DNA from: Aquirufa sp.
GTDB lineage: Bacteria > Bacteroidota > Bacteroidia > Cytophagales > Spirosomataceae
NCBI RefSeq assembly: GCF_044239315.1
Contig: NZ_JBIIBQ010000010.1
Span: 22,405 to 86,404 of the forward strand
DNA: 64,000 bases
Direction: 5' to 3'
The notes beneath the pieces were generated by a model that ran no database searches, was not told the origin of the DNA, and worked only from the letters and a program-made list of their open reading frames with translations. A program made the position numbers and the translations under genes. Numbering within the stretch: position 1 is the stretch's first letter; every line of letters starts with the position of its first letter. Shown here in pieces: positions 55,467 through 64,000 of the stretch.

Positions 55467-56203
55467 CGAACGTGCACCACTTCCTCGTAGGGTACACGCA
55501 ATCGCGGTCCCCAAACACCCTCTTGCGTTCCTTTACCCACTGATACAATCATATTAATTTCTGCTCCAGCTGGCAGCTCCAAGTGTTTTTTCACGCGTTG
55601 TGCATCAAAACCTTCCATAGGGCAGGATTCAAAACCTTCAGCTGCGATAGAGAGCATGAATGTCTGTGCAGCTAACGCACATGATTTATGCACCATCACC
55701 CGTTGATCCGCTTTGCCGCCAAAACGCATCATCGGTTTTTTCAATCCCATCCAGAAACAGATATTCCAGCGGATGAAAGTAGATATACCAAAAATGTCAT
55801 TGCGGTATAACAACGGAATTAGCTTACCATAGTATTGCAAGCCTCTTTTCTGCATTTTCGTAGGCTCTCCCTCGATGGAGTCCTTTACCTGTTGTAAGTT
55901 CCAGGCGGCTCTTTTTTTCCAAAGGTCCTGGCGAGTCACAAAAACCACCAAATGAGCGGTGTCTTTTGCGGCTGATTGGCCTAGGCATAGTGGTTGAAAT
56001 GCTTTTTTCTCTTCTTCACTTTTGATCCAATAGAACTCCCAAAGCTGCATATTGCTACTATTGGGGGACAAAATTGATCTCTGTAAGCTACGTTCTATGA
56101 CGGCATCATCCACTTTCACAGTGGGGTCATAGCGTCTATTTGAACGTCTCTTTTGAATTATTTCTTCAAATTGGGTTGAAAACATCTCGTTTTTTTGTGG
56201 CAA
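55463..56203 (-). CDS. Nitroreductase-family protein
   Basis: It carries the RRSNRRYD FMN-binding N-terminal motif and SPNSSNMQLW. Confidence 0.7.
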   Translation of the reverse strand: MPQKNEMFSTQFEEIIQKRRSNRRYDPTVKVDDAVIERSLQRSILSPNSSNMQLWEFYWIKSEEEKKAFQPLCLGQSAAKDTAHLVVFVTRQDLWKKRAAWNLQQVKDSIEGEPTKMQKRGLQYYGKLIPLLYRNDIFGISTFIRWNICFWMGLKKPMMRFGGKADQRVMVHKSCALAAQTFMLSIAAEGFESCPMEGFDAQRVKKHLELPAGAEINMIVSVGKGTQEGVWGPRLRVPYEEVVHVR

Positions 56204-56241
56204 ATATAGTAGAAAATCCCCGCTTTTGCCTTCGATTTGCT

Positions 56242-56249
56242 TACCTTTG
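56242..56249 (+). promoter_or_regulatory. Candidate -7 promoter box (TAnnTTTG) for adk
   Basis: TACCTTTG lies 40 nt upstream of ATG 56289. The nearest upstream TTTG is only 13 nt away, which is suboptimal spacing. Confidence 0.35.
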
Positions 56250-56288
56250 TGGTTCGTATAAATTTTTTAAAAAGTAACCCACATTTAT

Positions 56289-56858
56289 ATGCTTAATCTC
56301 GTTTTATTTGGGCCTCCAGGGGCAGGCAAAGGTACTCAGTCCGCAAAATTAATTGCGAAATATGGTTTAATTCACTTATCTACAGGTGATTTATTGCGTG
56401 CAGAAATTACAGCTGGTACGACTTTAGGTCTGGAGGCTAAGAAATTAATGGATCAAGGAATTCTAGTTCCGGATGCCGTTGTGATCGGAATGATTGAGAA
56501 TAAATTAAACGAGAACAAAGAGGCAGCAGGTTTTATTTTTGATGGTTTTCCTCGCACGGAAGCACAGGCACAGGCTTTGGACAACTTATTAGCAGGTCAC
56601 CATTTAGCGATCAATCACATGATTGCCTTAGAGGTGAGTGAAGAAGAATTAACGCAGCGTTTATTAGATAGAGGCAAGACTTCTGGCCGCCCAGATGACC
56701 AGAACGAAGAATTAATTCGCAAACGCGTTCAAGAATACGGTGAAAAAACGGCTCCAGTAGCTGGTTATTATGCTGCTCAACATAAATTCTCAGGAATTAA
56801 TGGTATCGGTGAAATTGAGGATATTTTCTCTCAAATTATCGCCATCATCGAAGGATAA
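56289..56858 (+). CDS. adk: Adenylate kinase (short LID type)
   Basis: It carries the P-loop GPPGAGKGTQ, LSTGDLLR and FDGFPRT. Confidence 0.95.
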   Translation: MLNLVLFGPPGAGKGTQSAKLIAKYGLIHLSTGDLLRAEITAGTTLGLEAKKLMDQGILVPDAVVIGMIENKLNENKEAAGFIFDGFPRTEAQAQALDNLLAGHHLAINHMIALEVSEEELTQRLLDRGKTSGRPDDQNEELIRKRVQEYGEKTAPVAGYYAAQHKFSGINGIGEIEDIFSQIIAIIEG

Positions 56859-56871
56859 TTAATAAAATAGA

Positions 56872-57966
56872 ATGACAACAAACTTCATTGACTACGTCAA
56901 AATCAATCTGCGTTCCGGCCGAGGAGGAAGCGGTTCATCCCACTTTCGGAGGGAAAAACACGTGCCTAAAGGGGGTCCAGATGGAGGAGATGGTGGTCGT
57001 GGAGGTCACATATACCTGGTAGGAAGTACCCAACTTTGGACCTTAATTCACTTAAAATACCAAAAACACATTATCGCGGATAGTGGTAATGGTGGTGAAG
57101 GTGGACGTCGTTCCGGTGCAGAGGGAGAGGATGTTTTCATCCAAGTGCCTTTGGGAACGATTGTTAAAAATGCGGAGACGAATGAGTTTATCGCGGAAGT
57201 AACAGAGGAAGGCCAACAGATTTTAGTCCTTCCCGGCGGTCGTGGAGGTCTAGGTAATCACAACTTTAAATCTTCTACAAACCAATCCCCTCGCCATGCG
57301 CAGCCTGGAGAAGCTGGCCTAGATGTTTGGGTGGTGATGGAATTAAAAGTGTTAGCGGATGTAGGTTTAGTAGGTTTCCCGAACGCAGGAAAATCCACTC
57401 TTTTATCAGTTCTTTCTGCAGCAACTCCAGAAATTGCGGACTATCCGTTTACGACTTTAGTACCTCAATTAGGAGTAGTAGAATATCGGGATGAAAAGTC
57501 CTTCGTGGTGGCGGATATTCCAGGGATTATTGAAGGAGCATCGGAAGGTAAAGGTTTGGGTTTGAGATTCTTACGACATATTGAGCGCAATTCGATTCTG
57601 TGTTTCTTGATTCCATCAGACGCTGAAAATTGGGGTGAAGAATACCGAATTTTGACGGGCGAATTAGAGAAATACAATCCAGAATTATTAGGAAAACGTC
57701 GCGTAATTGTCGTTTCTAAAATGGATCTTTCGATTCCAGAAATGGAAGAAGAAATGCGCGAAAGTTTGCCTAAAGATATTCCGGTATTATTGATTTCATC
57801 CGTAACTCAAGAAGGAATTCAAGAATTGAAGGACTTACTCTGGACTACCTTGTTAGATGAAAATAAAGATTTTGGAAAGCTAAAGGAAGCGCCCGTTTTA
57901 CTTGATCTGCCCGTGGTAAATCCCATGGCAGATGCAATGATGGAAGATCCAGAAGCTTTAGACTAA
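56872..57966 (+). CDS. obg: GTPase Obg/CgtA
   Basis: It has the Gly-rich Obg fold ([28 protein letters not shown]), G1 [10 protein letters not shown] and G3 DIPGIIEGA. Confidence 0.95.
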   Translation: MTTNFIDYVKINLRSGRGGSGSSHFRREKHVPKGGPDGGDGGRGGHIYLVGSTQLWTLIHLKYQKHIIADSGNGGEGGRRSGAEGEDVFIQVPLGTIVKNAETNEFIAEVTEEGQQILVLPGGRGGLGNHNFKSSTNQSPRHAQPGEAGLDVWVVMELKVLADVGLVGFPNAGKSTLLSVLSAATPEIADYPFTTLVPQLGVVEYRDEKSFVVADIPGIIEGASEGKGLGLRFLRHIERNSILCFLIPSDAENWGEEYRILTGELEKYNPELLGKRRVIVVSKMDLSIPEMEEEMRESLPKDIPVLLISSVTQEGIQELKDLLWTTLLDENKDFGKLKEAPVLLDLPVVNPMADAMMEDPEALD

Positions 57967-58869
57967 ATCAGCTACTTGTTGCGCCATGATGGCGATACCC
58001 TCTTGAAAAGTTCTAGGTGCATAACCTAGGACTTTTTTTGCTTTATCGAGTACAAATCCGGTTCGAGCCGGTCTTTTTGCCGTTTGCTGGAAGGTAGAAG
58101 AGTCTGCCTTTTGTAAAAGTGATTTATCTAATCCATAATAATCAGCTGTCATCACTGCCATCTCGTAAGGAGTCAAGAAATCAGAGCCAGAGATATTGAA
58201 TATGCCTTCCACTTCATCTTTAGCCAGTAACCAACAGCCCATCGCTAAATCTTCGGCTAGTGTAGGGGTGCGGAATTGATCCGTTACGACTTGGATGGTT
58301 TTCCCATCTTCAAGTGATTTCTTCACCCAAAGCACGATATTTGAACGGCTCATATCTGGAACGATGCCATAGACTAAAACCGTGCGTGCAATACTCCAGC
58401 GAATAGTCGAATCAAATAATAACTGCTCCGCTTTTAACTTGCTTTCGCCATAATAAGAGATTGGATTAGCAATTCCTTCTTCCGTGTAGGGACCAGCTGC
58501 TCCATCAAAAATGAAGTCAGTCGATAAATGACATAAATAGGCGCCGTGTTTTTCGCAGGCCTCGATTAAATAAGCAACTGCGTCCACATTTAATACATCA
58601 CAGCCTTTACGATCTGTCTCGCAAGTATCCACATTCGTCATAGCCGCCGTGTGAATAACCACTTCGGGTTTGAATTGATCAAAGATCGCATGTACTTCAG
58701 CAGGGACCGTGATATCTAAGGACGCATAGGTATATCCTTCCGTCACAGGTAGGCGGTTATCTCCACGAGCCGTGGCGATTAAATTAACATTCGACTGTGC
58801 GCGTAAAAGTTCGACGAGTTTTTGGCCTAATAAACCGTTGGATCCTGTGATTAATATGCGTTTTTTCAT
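57958..58869 (-). CDS. NAD(P)-dependent sugar-nucleotide reductase, RmlD (dTDP-4-dehydrorhamnose reductase)-like
   Basis: It has the Rossmann motif [11 protein letters not shown] and the SDR-extended pattern STDFIFDG...YGESK. Confidence 0.65.
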   Translation of the reverse strand: MKKRILITGSNGLLGQKLVELLRAQSNVNLIATARGDNRLPVTEGYTYASLDITVPAEVHAIFDQFKPEVVIHTAAMTNVDTCETDRKGCDVLNVDAVAYLIEACEKHGAYLCHLSTDFIFDGAAGPYTEEGIANPISYYGESKLKAEQLLFDSTIRWSIARTVLVYGIVPDMSRSNIVLWVKKSLEDGKTIQVVTDQFRTPTLAEDLAMGCWLLAKDEVEGIFNISGSDFLTPYEMAVMTADYYGLDKSLLQKADSSTFQQTAKRPARTGFVLDKAKKVLGYAPRTFQEGIAIMAQQVADLV

Positions 58870-59792
58870 GAACCTAATTCCTGTCTGATTTTACGTAATA
58901 ATTGGTGTGCACCTAGGTGAATGAGCTCCATGGCTACTTCTTTTCCTAATTGCGCTGGATCTGAGCCCGTCGCCGAATGAACAATATTTTCGATTCCGTC
59001 GAGGCTAAGTACCCCGGCTTGCAAAGTCAATTGACCTTCCTGATTTATCGCATGACCATACACCGGAACGCTACATCCGCCTTCTAAATGGGCTAATAAG
59101 TGTCGCTCAGCTAATATAGTAGCCTCCGTCGCCGGATGATTGCAGGCTTTGCGTATTAGTTCTTTTACCTCAGTGTCTAAAGAAACGGCGCATTGGATGG
59201 CTACTGATCCTTGACCTACAGCCGGAACAAATTGATCTAAACTCAGGTGCTGGGTGATATAAGATTCCATTTCCATTCGGTGGACGCCGGCAAAAGCCAA
59301 TAGCATCGCGTCACATTCTCCATTTTTTAATTTCTCCAAACGGGTCTGTAAATTACCTCGCATCTCCACCGCGGTATGTTGTGGGTAGAAATGACTCAGA
59401 AAGGCGCGTCTGCGGGTAGAAGAGGTGCCTATACGCAATTGCTCGCTTGAAGCTAAAGTCTTCGCTGGATGAAGGCTTAAAACGACGTCCTGAGCCGCTT
59501 CGCGCTCCGTGAAGGCGATTAATTCCAGTTCTGTTGGCAAATGGGAGGGAAGATCCTTCGCCGAATGCTGAGCAATTTCGATTTCGCCCGCGCAAAGCAT
59601 GGCTTCTAATTCTTCGGTAAAGACTCCTTTTGATCCGATTTTAGACAGCGAACGATCCAAAATCTGATCCCCCTTCGTCGTAATCGCAACGATTTCGTAG
59701 CCTAAACCCTGAGTAGCTAGCAAAGACCCCACGTGGTGGGCCTGCCATAAGGCTAATGCTGAATTTCGTGTACCAATGCGAACCGTCTTCAT
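58866..59792 (-). CDS. hemC: Hydroxymethylbilane synthase (porphobilinogen deaminase)
   Basis: Start trimmed to ATG 59792 (MKTVRIGTRNSALALWQ), 1 nt after the holB stop. It carries LSKIGSKGVFT and the cofactor Cys in LEGGCSVP. Confidence 0.9.
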   Translation of the reverse strand: MKTVRIGTRNSALALWQAHHVGSLLATQGLGYEIVAITTKGDQILDRSLSKIGSKGVFTEELEAMLCAGEIEIAQHSAKDLPSHLPTELELIAFTEREAAQDVVLSLHPAKTLASSEQLRIGTSSTRRRAFLSHFYPQHTAVEMRGNLQTRLEKLKNGECDAMLLAFAGVHRMEMESYITQHLSLDQFVPAVGQGSVAIQCAVSLDTEVKELIRKACNHPATEATILAERHLLAHLEGGCSVPVYGHAINQEGQLTLQAGVLSLDGIENIVHSATGSDPAQLGKEVAMELIHLGAHQLLRKIRQELGS

Positions 59793-59793
59793 A

Positions 59794-60924
59794 TTAAGAG
59801 TTTTTCGCGTGAAAAACGCGTAATAAGTGGAGTGAAAGATCAAGGTGTACCATTTTGGCTCGTGCATTACGTTCTAAATGGTAGTGAACCTCGGATATTT
59901 TTTCGGTCATCGCCGCAATCTTTTCGGTGCTCAAAGTCTTGGAGAAATTATCCACGAAGGCTTTTTCCTTTTCCAGCGATTTGATCAGACCGCTTGCATC
60001 CGAAATCTGGTACAAACATTGTCTGAAAATATGCAGGCTATAGGTCAAGATGCTTTTTTGATTCTCCTTCGCTAAACCGTCGAATTGATCGGCTAACTGC
60101 ACTAATTTCGATAGATTTCGGGCATAAATGGCACGCATCCACTCCGCAAACCAGGTCGTCGTGCTTAAATTATCGGAGTTTGATTTTTCCAAAGCCTCGG
60201 AGATATTTCCCTCACAATTCACCGCAATTTGATGGGCTTTTTCGGAGTCTATTTCAGCCTTTTGGACTAAATATTCGGCTAAATCCTCCACATCTACTGC
60301 TCCTATGCTCACGCGCTGAGTTCTGGAAATAATCGTCGTTAATAACTTATCAGGCTCCGCACATACGAGTATAAATAAAGTAGAACTAGGCGGTTCCTCC
60401 AAGGTCTTTAATAAGGCATTTCCCGCTGAAGCATTCAGTGTCTCTGGATTCCAAAGCATCACCACCTTGAAAGGCGCCTCGAAGGGTTTTAGGCTGATTT
60501 TTTGGACTAATTTACGCGTTTCTTCTACGGGAATATTTCCTTGGCGATTGCCTTCTGCACCCATGTAGGCTAGCCACTCGGGCAAGGTTCTGAAGTAAGA
60601 TTCCTGTATGAATTTACGCCAATCGGGTAAGAATGCGTCGGATTCTGCGTCTTTGATTTTCTTCGTGATAACCGTCGGATAGACATAGACTAGGTCAGGG
60701 TGAACACCGCGTTGCAATTTCTGGCAACTAGGGCAAACACCGCAGGCGTCTGATTCGGTCCGATTCGTGCAAAATAAATAAGTGACAAACGCATGCGCCA
60801 TCGCGAGCTGAGCTCCTCCCGGAGGTCCTACGAATAATTGGGCATGAGCGATGTGTTGATTTTGCACCGCCAGCGACAAGGTTTTCTTGGTTTTAGCTAG
60901 ACCCGGAATGTCTTGAAATCGCAT
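59794..60924 (-). CDS. holB: DNA polymerase III delta' subunit
   Basis: It carries HAQLFVGPPGGAQLAMA, the zinc module CGVCPSCQK and SRTQ. Confidence 0.8.
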   Translation of the reverse strand: MRFQDIPGLAKTKKTLSLAVQNQHIAHAQLFVGPPGGAQLAMAHAFVTYLFCTNRTESDACGVCPSCQKLQRGVHPDLVYVYPTVITKKIKDAESDAFLPDWRKFIQESYFRTLPEWLAYMGAEGNRQGNIPVEETRKLVQKISLKPFEAPFKVVMLWNPETLNASAGNALLKTLEEPPSSTLFILVCAEPDKLLTTIISRTQRVSIGAVDVEDLAEYLVQKAEIDSEKAHQIAVNCEGNISEALEKSNSDNLSTTTWFAEWMRAIYARNLSKLVQLADQFDGLAKENQKSILTYSLHIFRQCLYQISDASGLIKSLEKEKAFVDNFSKTLSTEKIAAMTEKISEVHYHLERNARAKMVHLDLSLHLLRVFHAKNS

Positions 60925-60950
60925 GCAAATGGCTTTTTAGAAAGAAAGAA

Positions 60951-62030
60951 CTAATTTCGGAAAGATGTGTCCGCTTTCCAAATTTCTTCCATGCTTTGGC
61001 GTAGATTTTCGGGTATTTGTTGGTTTTTCAAGGTAATCCAAGCGCAGGCCGCGGCATAGGCTTTCTCGAAATCAAAGGCACGCAATTCAGGATACTCCCC
61101 AAAACTAAACGAGGGAATGTAACGCGGCGGAAATCCAATGCTCGAAACATTGCAATGGCTGCCTATCACGGTTCCCGTATTAAAGGAAGTGCTTACTCCG
61201 GTGGTGACGAAATCACCAATGATTTGGCCTACCGACTTCAGACCCGTATTTCGTGGCGATTTCAACGCATAATCATAAAGCGAAACAGATTGTATGTCGT
61301 TTCGCAGGTTTGATCCATTCGTTAAAGCGCCTAAATTAGAGAAGGAACCCACGATTGAATTGCCTAGATATCCATCGTGCGCCTTGTTACTGAAGGGAAA
61401 GAAGATACAATGGTTGATTTCGCCTCCTACTTTGCAGCCTGGTCCTATCGTGGTATTCGGTCGGATCTTCGCTCCGATATTCGTGGTTGCGTCCTTTAGG
61501 AGCGCTGCTGGCCCTTGAATCAAGGTGCCTATTTGTATGTTGACTCTTTCCCCTATATAGATAGGGCCTTGGCTGGCATCTAAAATGCTTCCTTTTACGG
61601 AAGCGGATGGATAAATGTAGATTTCTTCCGAACAGATAAACGTATTGTTTCCTGGAGTAGGATTATTTCCCTTGATCTCAGCACGTAAAAACTCGGATTG
61701 AAAATTCAGTAATTCTTCGGGGTGTTTCAGGAAGGGGAGGTATCTCTCTATACTAGAAGTGCCTTTCCCTCTTCGGGCTAAAATCTGACCCTGATATACA
61801 TAGGAAGTGTCCGCTGGTAATTGATCCAAAATTTCGAATGTGCTAGGCAGCGGAAGCAATGAACTCATCACCTGAATGTCCGCGTTTTCCGGAGTTGAAA
61901 CCTGGTGAGGCCACTTATTTTCCAGGGTGCTTGTACCCACCCATAATTCAGCGACTTTACGGTGCTGAGTTAAGGGTTGAAGCGCGGCTTTAATAGCCTG
62001 ATCCTCGAAAAGATAAACGGAGAGCTGCAT
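60951..62030 (-). CDS. Putative sugar nucleotidyltransferase with left-handed beta-helix (hexapeptide) C-terminal domain
   Basis: The N-terminal nucleotidyltransferase-like half reads VYLFED...LWVG. Hexapeptide repeats follow (IGERVNIQIGTLIQGP, IGAKIRPNTTIGPGCKVGGEI). Confidence 0.55.
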   Translation of the reverse strand: MQLSVYLFEDQAIKAALQPLTQHRKVAELWVGTSTLENKWPHQVSTPENADIQVMSSLLPLPSTFEILDQLPADTSYVYQGQILARRGKGTSSIERYLPFLKHPEELLNFQSEFLRAEIKGNNPTPGNNTFICSEEIYIYPSASVKGSILDASQGPIYIGERVNIQIGTLIQGPAALLKDATTNIGAKIRPNTTIGPGCKVGGEINHCIFFPFSNKAHDGYLGNSIVGSFSNLGALTNGSNLRNDIQSVSLYDYALKSPRNTGLKSVGQIIGDFVTTGVSTSFNTGTVIGSHCNVSSIGFPPRYIPSFSFGEYPELRAFDFEKAYAAACAWITLKNQQIPENLRQSMEEIWKADTSFRN

Positions 62031-62046
62031 TGGACAAATCTAGGAT

Positions 62047-62085
62047 AAAAAAAGCCTTCCCCCAAAAATGGAAGAAGGCTTTTTA
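62047..62085. terminator. Bidirectional hairpin terminator downstream of rpmE2
   Basis: AAAAAAA GCCTTC ccccaaaaatggaa GAAGGC TTTTT. Read on the minus strand, a T-run follows the stem. Confidence 0.65.
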
Positions 62086-62103
62086 CTATGGGCATTCGGA
62101 AAA

Positions 62104-62343
62104 TTACTTCGCGTAACGCTTGTTGAATTTGTCCACACGTCCTGTTGTATCTAACAATACGTTCTTACCTGTATAGAATGGGTGAGATTGAGATGAAACC
62201 TCTAATTTGTATACCGGGTAAGTGGCTCCTTCGAATTCTGTTGTCTCTGTAGTAGCAACACATGAACGAGTTAAAAACTTGTAATCAGCTGATAGATCGT
62301 GAAATACAACTTCTTTGTATTCTGGGTGGATATCTTTTTTCAT
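62104..62343 (-). CDS. rpmE2: 50S ribosomal protein L31, type B (no zinc-binding CxxC)
   Basis: Start trimmed to ATG 62343, giving [27 protein letters not shown]...HPFYTGK. The Cys pairs are absent. Confidence 0.85.
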   Translation of the reverse strand: MKKDIHPEYKEVVFHDLSADYKFLTRSCVATTETTEFEGATYPVYKLEVSSQSHPFYTGKNVLLDTTGRVDKFNKRYAK

Positions 62344-62877
62344 GATAATGGATAATAGACGATTCCCTGCCGTCTTGTTTAAATTATTTTTCCAAAGGGG
62401 ATATTTGGACCTCACAATAAGGGATGCAAAATTACAAATTGTATTCTATTTTCCAAATCTTTTCTTTAACAAAATTTCAGAGAATTCTATACTCATTTTA
62501 GGCTATAAAAATTTTATAAAATATTTTTATAGCATTTTTCTAAGAAGCAATACGGCTAACGAATTGAGTGACGGGGGTTTGCATGTGGCATTTCAAATAC
62601 GCCCTTTTTTTATATTTATTTTGGCCAAAAAATAGTTTGCACGAAGCCGGCTTTTTTTCTAATTTTACCAAGAGCACATTCAACCAAAGATGCTTCAATT
62701 TTTGGTTTAGAAAAGCATAAAAACAAAACCGCCACACACTCAATTTGTTAGTGTAAATTGAGTCCAAAAGCTAAGAAAAAAATTCTCTTAACGCAGGGAG
62801 TTTATGGTCTGTTTTTTTGTTGGTTGATTTAAACATTTATATAGAATTCGAGTTTTAATAATAATAGATAGATACAC

Positions 62878-64000
62878 ATGTACGTAGTAAAAAGAGACGG
62901 TCGTCGCGAATCAGTAAAGTTTGACAAAATCACCGCCAGAATTGAAAAGCTGAGTTACAGCTTAGATCCATTTTTTGTTCAGCCTTTAGAGGTTGCCAGA
63001 AAAGTGATCACTGGTTTGTTTGATGGCGTTAAGACAACTGAACTTGATAATTTAGCGGCTGAAACAGCTGCCTCTTTGACGACAAAACATCCAGATTATG
63101 CAGTTCTAGCAGCTCGTATTGCAGTTTCTAACTTGCATAAGAACACATTGAAGTCCTTCTCGGCTACGATGAAACGTTTGTTTACGTACATAGACCCTAA
63201 GACAGGACAAAACGCTGCGCTTCTTTCTAAGGAGGTGTACGATATCATCAAAAACAACGCAGTAGAACTAGACGAGGCCATCATCTATGACCGCGACTTT
63301 GGTTACGATTATTTCGGATTTAAGACTCTAGAGAAATCCTATTTATTAAAGCTTGATGGTCAAATCGCTGAGCGCCCTCAACACATGTTGATGCGTGTGG
63401 CGGTAGGTATCCACAAAAAAGATATTGCGGCGGCTATTGAGACCTATAATTTATTGTCTGAGCGTTGGTTCACTCACGCGACTCCGACCCTATTTAATGC
63501 AGGTACTCCGAAGCCTCAATTATCCTCATGTTTCTTGCTAACTGTACAAGACGATTCTATCGAAGGAATCTATGATACCTTGAAGCAAACAGCGAAGATT
63601 TCTCAGTCTGCTGGAGGTATTGGATTAAGTATCCACAACATTCGTGCCACAGGCTCTTATATCAAGGGAACGAATGGTACCTCGAATGGTATTATCCCTA
63701 TGTTACGTGTATTCAACGATACGGCGCGTTATGTGGATCAAGGCGGCGGAAAGCGTAAAGGAAGCTTTGCGATCTACTTAGAGCCTTGGCATGCGGATGT
63801 TTTCGAATTCTTAGAATTGAAAAAGAATCACGGAAAGGAAGAAATGCGTGCTCGTGACTTGTTCTACGCTCTTTGGATTCCAGATTTATTCATGAAGCGT
63901 GTTGAGAACAACGAAGAGTGGTCTCTATTCTGCCCACATGAGTGTCCAGGTTTAGCGGATTCACACGGAGCTGAATTCGAAGCATTGTATGAGAAATACG
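62878..64000 (+). CDS. nrdA: Ribonucleoside-diphosphate reductase alpha subunit (class Ia), first ~374 codons; continues beyond the right window edge
   Basis: Not in the ORF track because it is open-ended. Translation from ATG 62878 reads [22 protein letters not shown] (ATP-cone). It continues ...[23 protein letters not shown]...[16 protein letters not shown]... Confidence 0.9.
   Translation, partial: MYVVKRDGRRESVKFDKITARIEKLSYSLDPFFVQPLEVARKVITGLFDGVKTTELDNLAAETAASLTTKHPDYAVLAARIAVSNLHKNTLKSFSATMKRLFTYIDPKTGQNAALLSKEVYDIIKNNAVELDEAIIYDRDFGYDYFGFKTLEKSYLLKLDGQIAERPQHMLMRVAVGIHKKDIAAAIETYNLLSERWFTHATPTLFNAGTPKPQLSSCFLLTVQDDSIEGIYDTLKQTAKISQSAGGIGLSIHNIRATGSYIKGTNGTSNGIIPMLRVFNDTARYVDQGGGKRKGSFAIYLEPWHADVFEFLELKKNHGKEEMRARDLFYALWIPDLFMKRVENNEEWSLFCPHECPGLADSHGAEFEALYEKY

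Noticed and set aside
63096-63284. A 62-aa minus-strand ORF.
   Set aside because: It is antisense to the unmistakable nrdA reading frame.

Overview
This is a chromosomal window from a gliding member of the Bacteroidota. The evidence is porP/sprF-gldK-gldL-gldM-gldN plus gldD, two proteins ending in T9SS type-A C-terminal sorting domains, and TAnnTTTG-type promoter boxes. I see about 50 protein genes and one tRNA-Arg(CCG). I see no rRNA, CRISPR, transposase, integrase or recognisable defence system.

Most of the window is housekeeping:
- glmS (partial), anmK and lhgO
- ilvD-ilvB-ilvN-ilvC and a separate short leuA
- recN, sucD, hemD, hemC, pyk, plsC and priA
- adk, obg, holB, rpmE2 and nrdA (partial)

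Accessory content sits at 1.1-23 kb. The first part is an alpha-glucan cluster at 1.1-11.3 kb. It holds two GH13 enzymes (one a T9SS cargo), an amidase, a Tat-signal Gfo/Idh/MocA oxidoreductase and a GDE-like hydrolase.

The standout is a 10,761-nt gene at 12165..22925 (-). It encodes a 3,586-aa secreted protein with 56 RCC1-like propeller blades in four 14-blade blocks. Three tandem units of about 2.59 kb carry Ig-like module pairs, and the protein ends in a T9SS sorting domain. A small FN3-like lipoprotein gene follows 4 nt downstream.

A second recurring signal is a family of period-7 (heptanucleotide) tandem arrays confined to five intergenic sites. Some are paired with inverted copies that form long hairpins.

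All family calls come from motif recognition in the translations. No database search was possible, so novelty is unverified.
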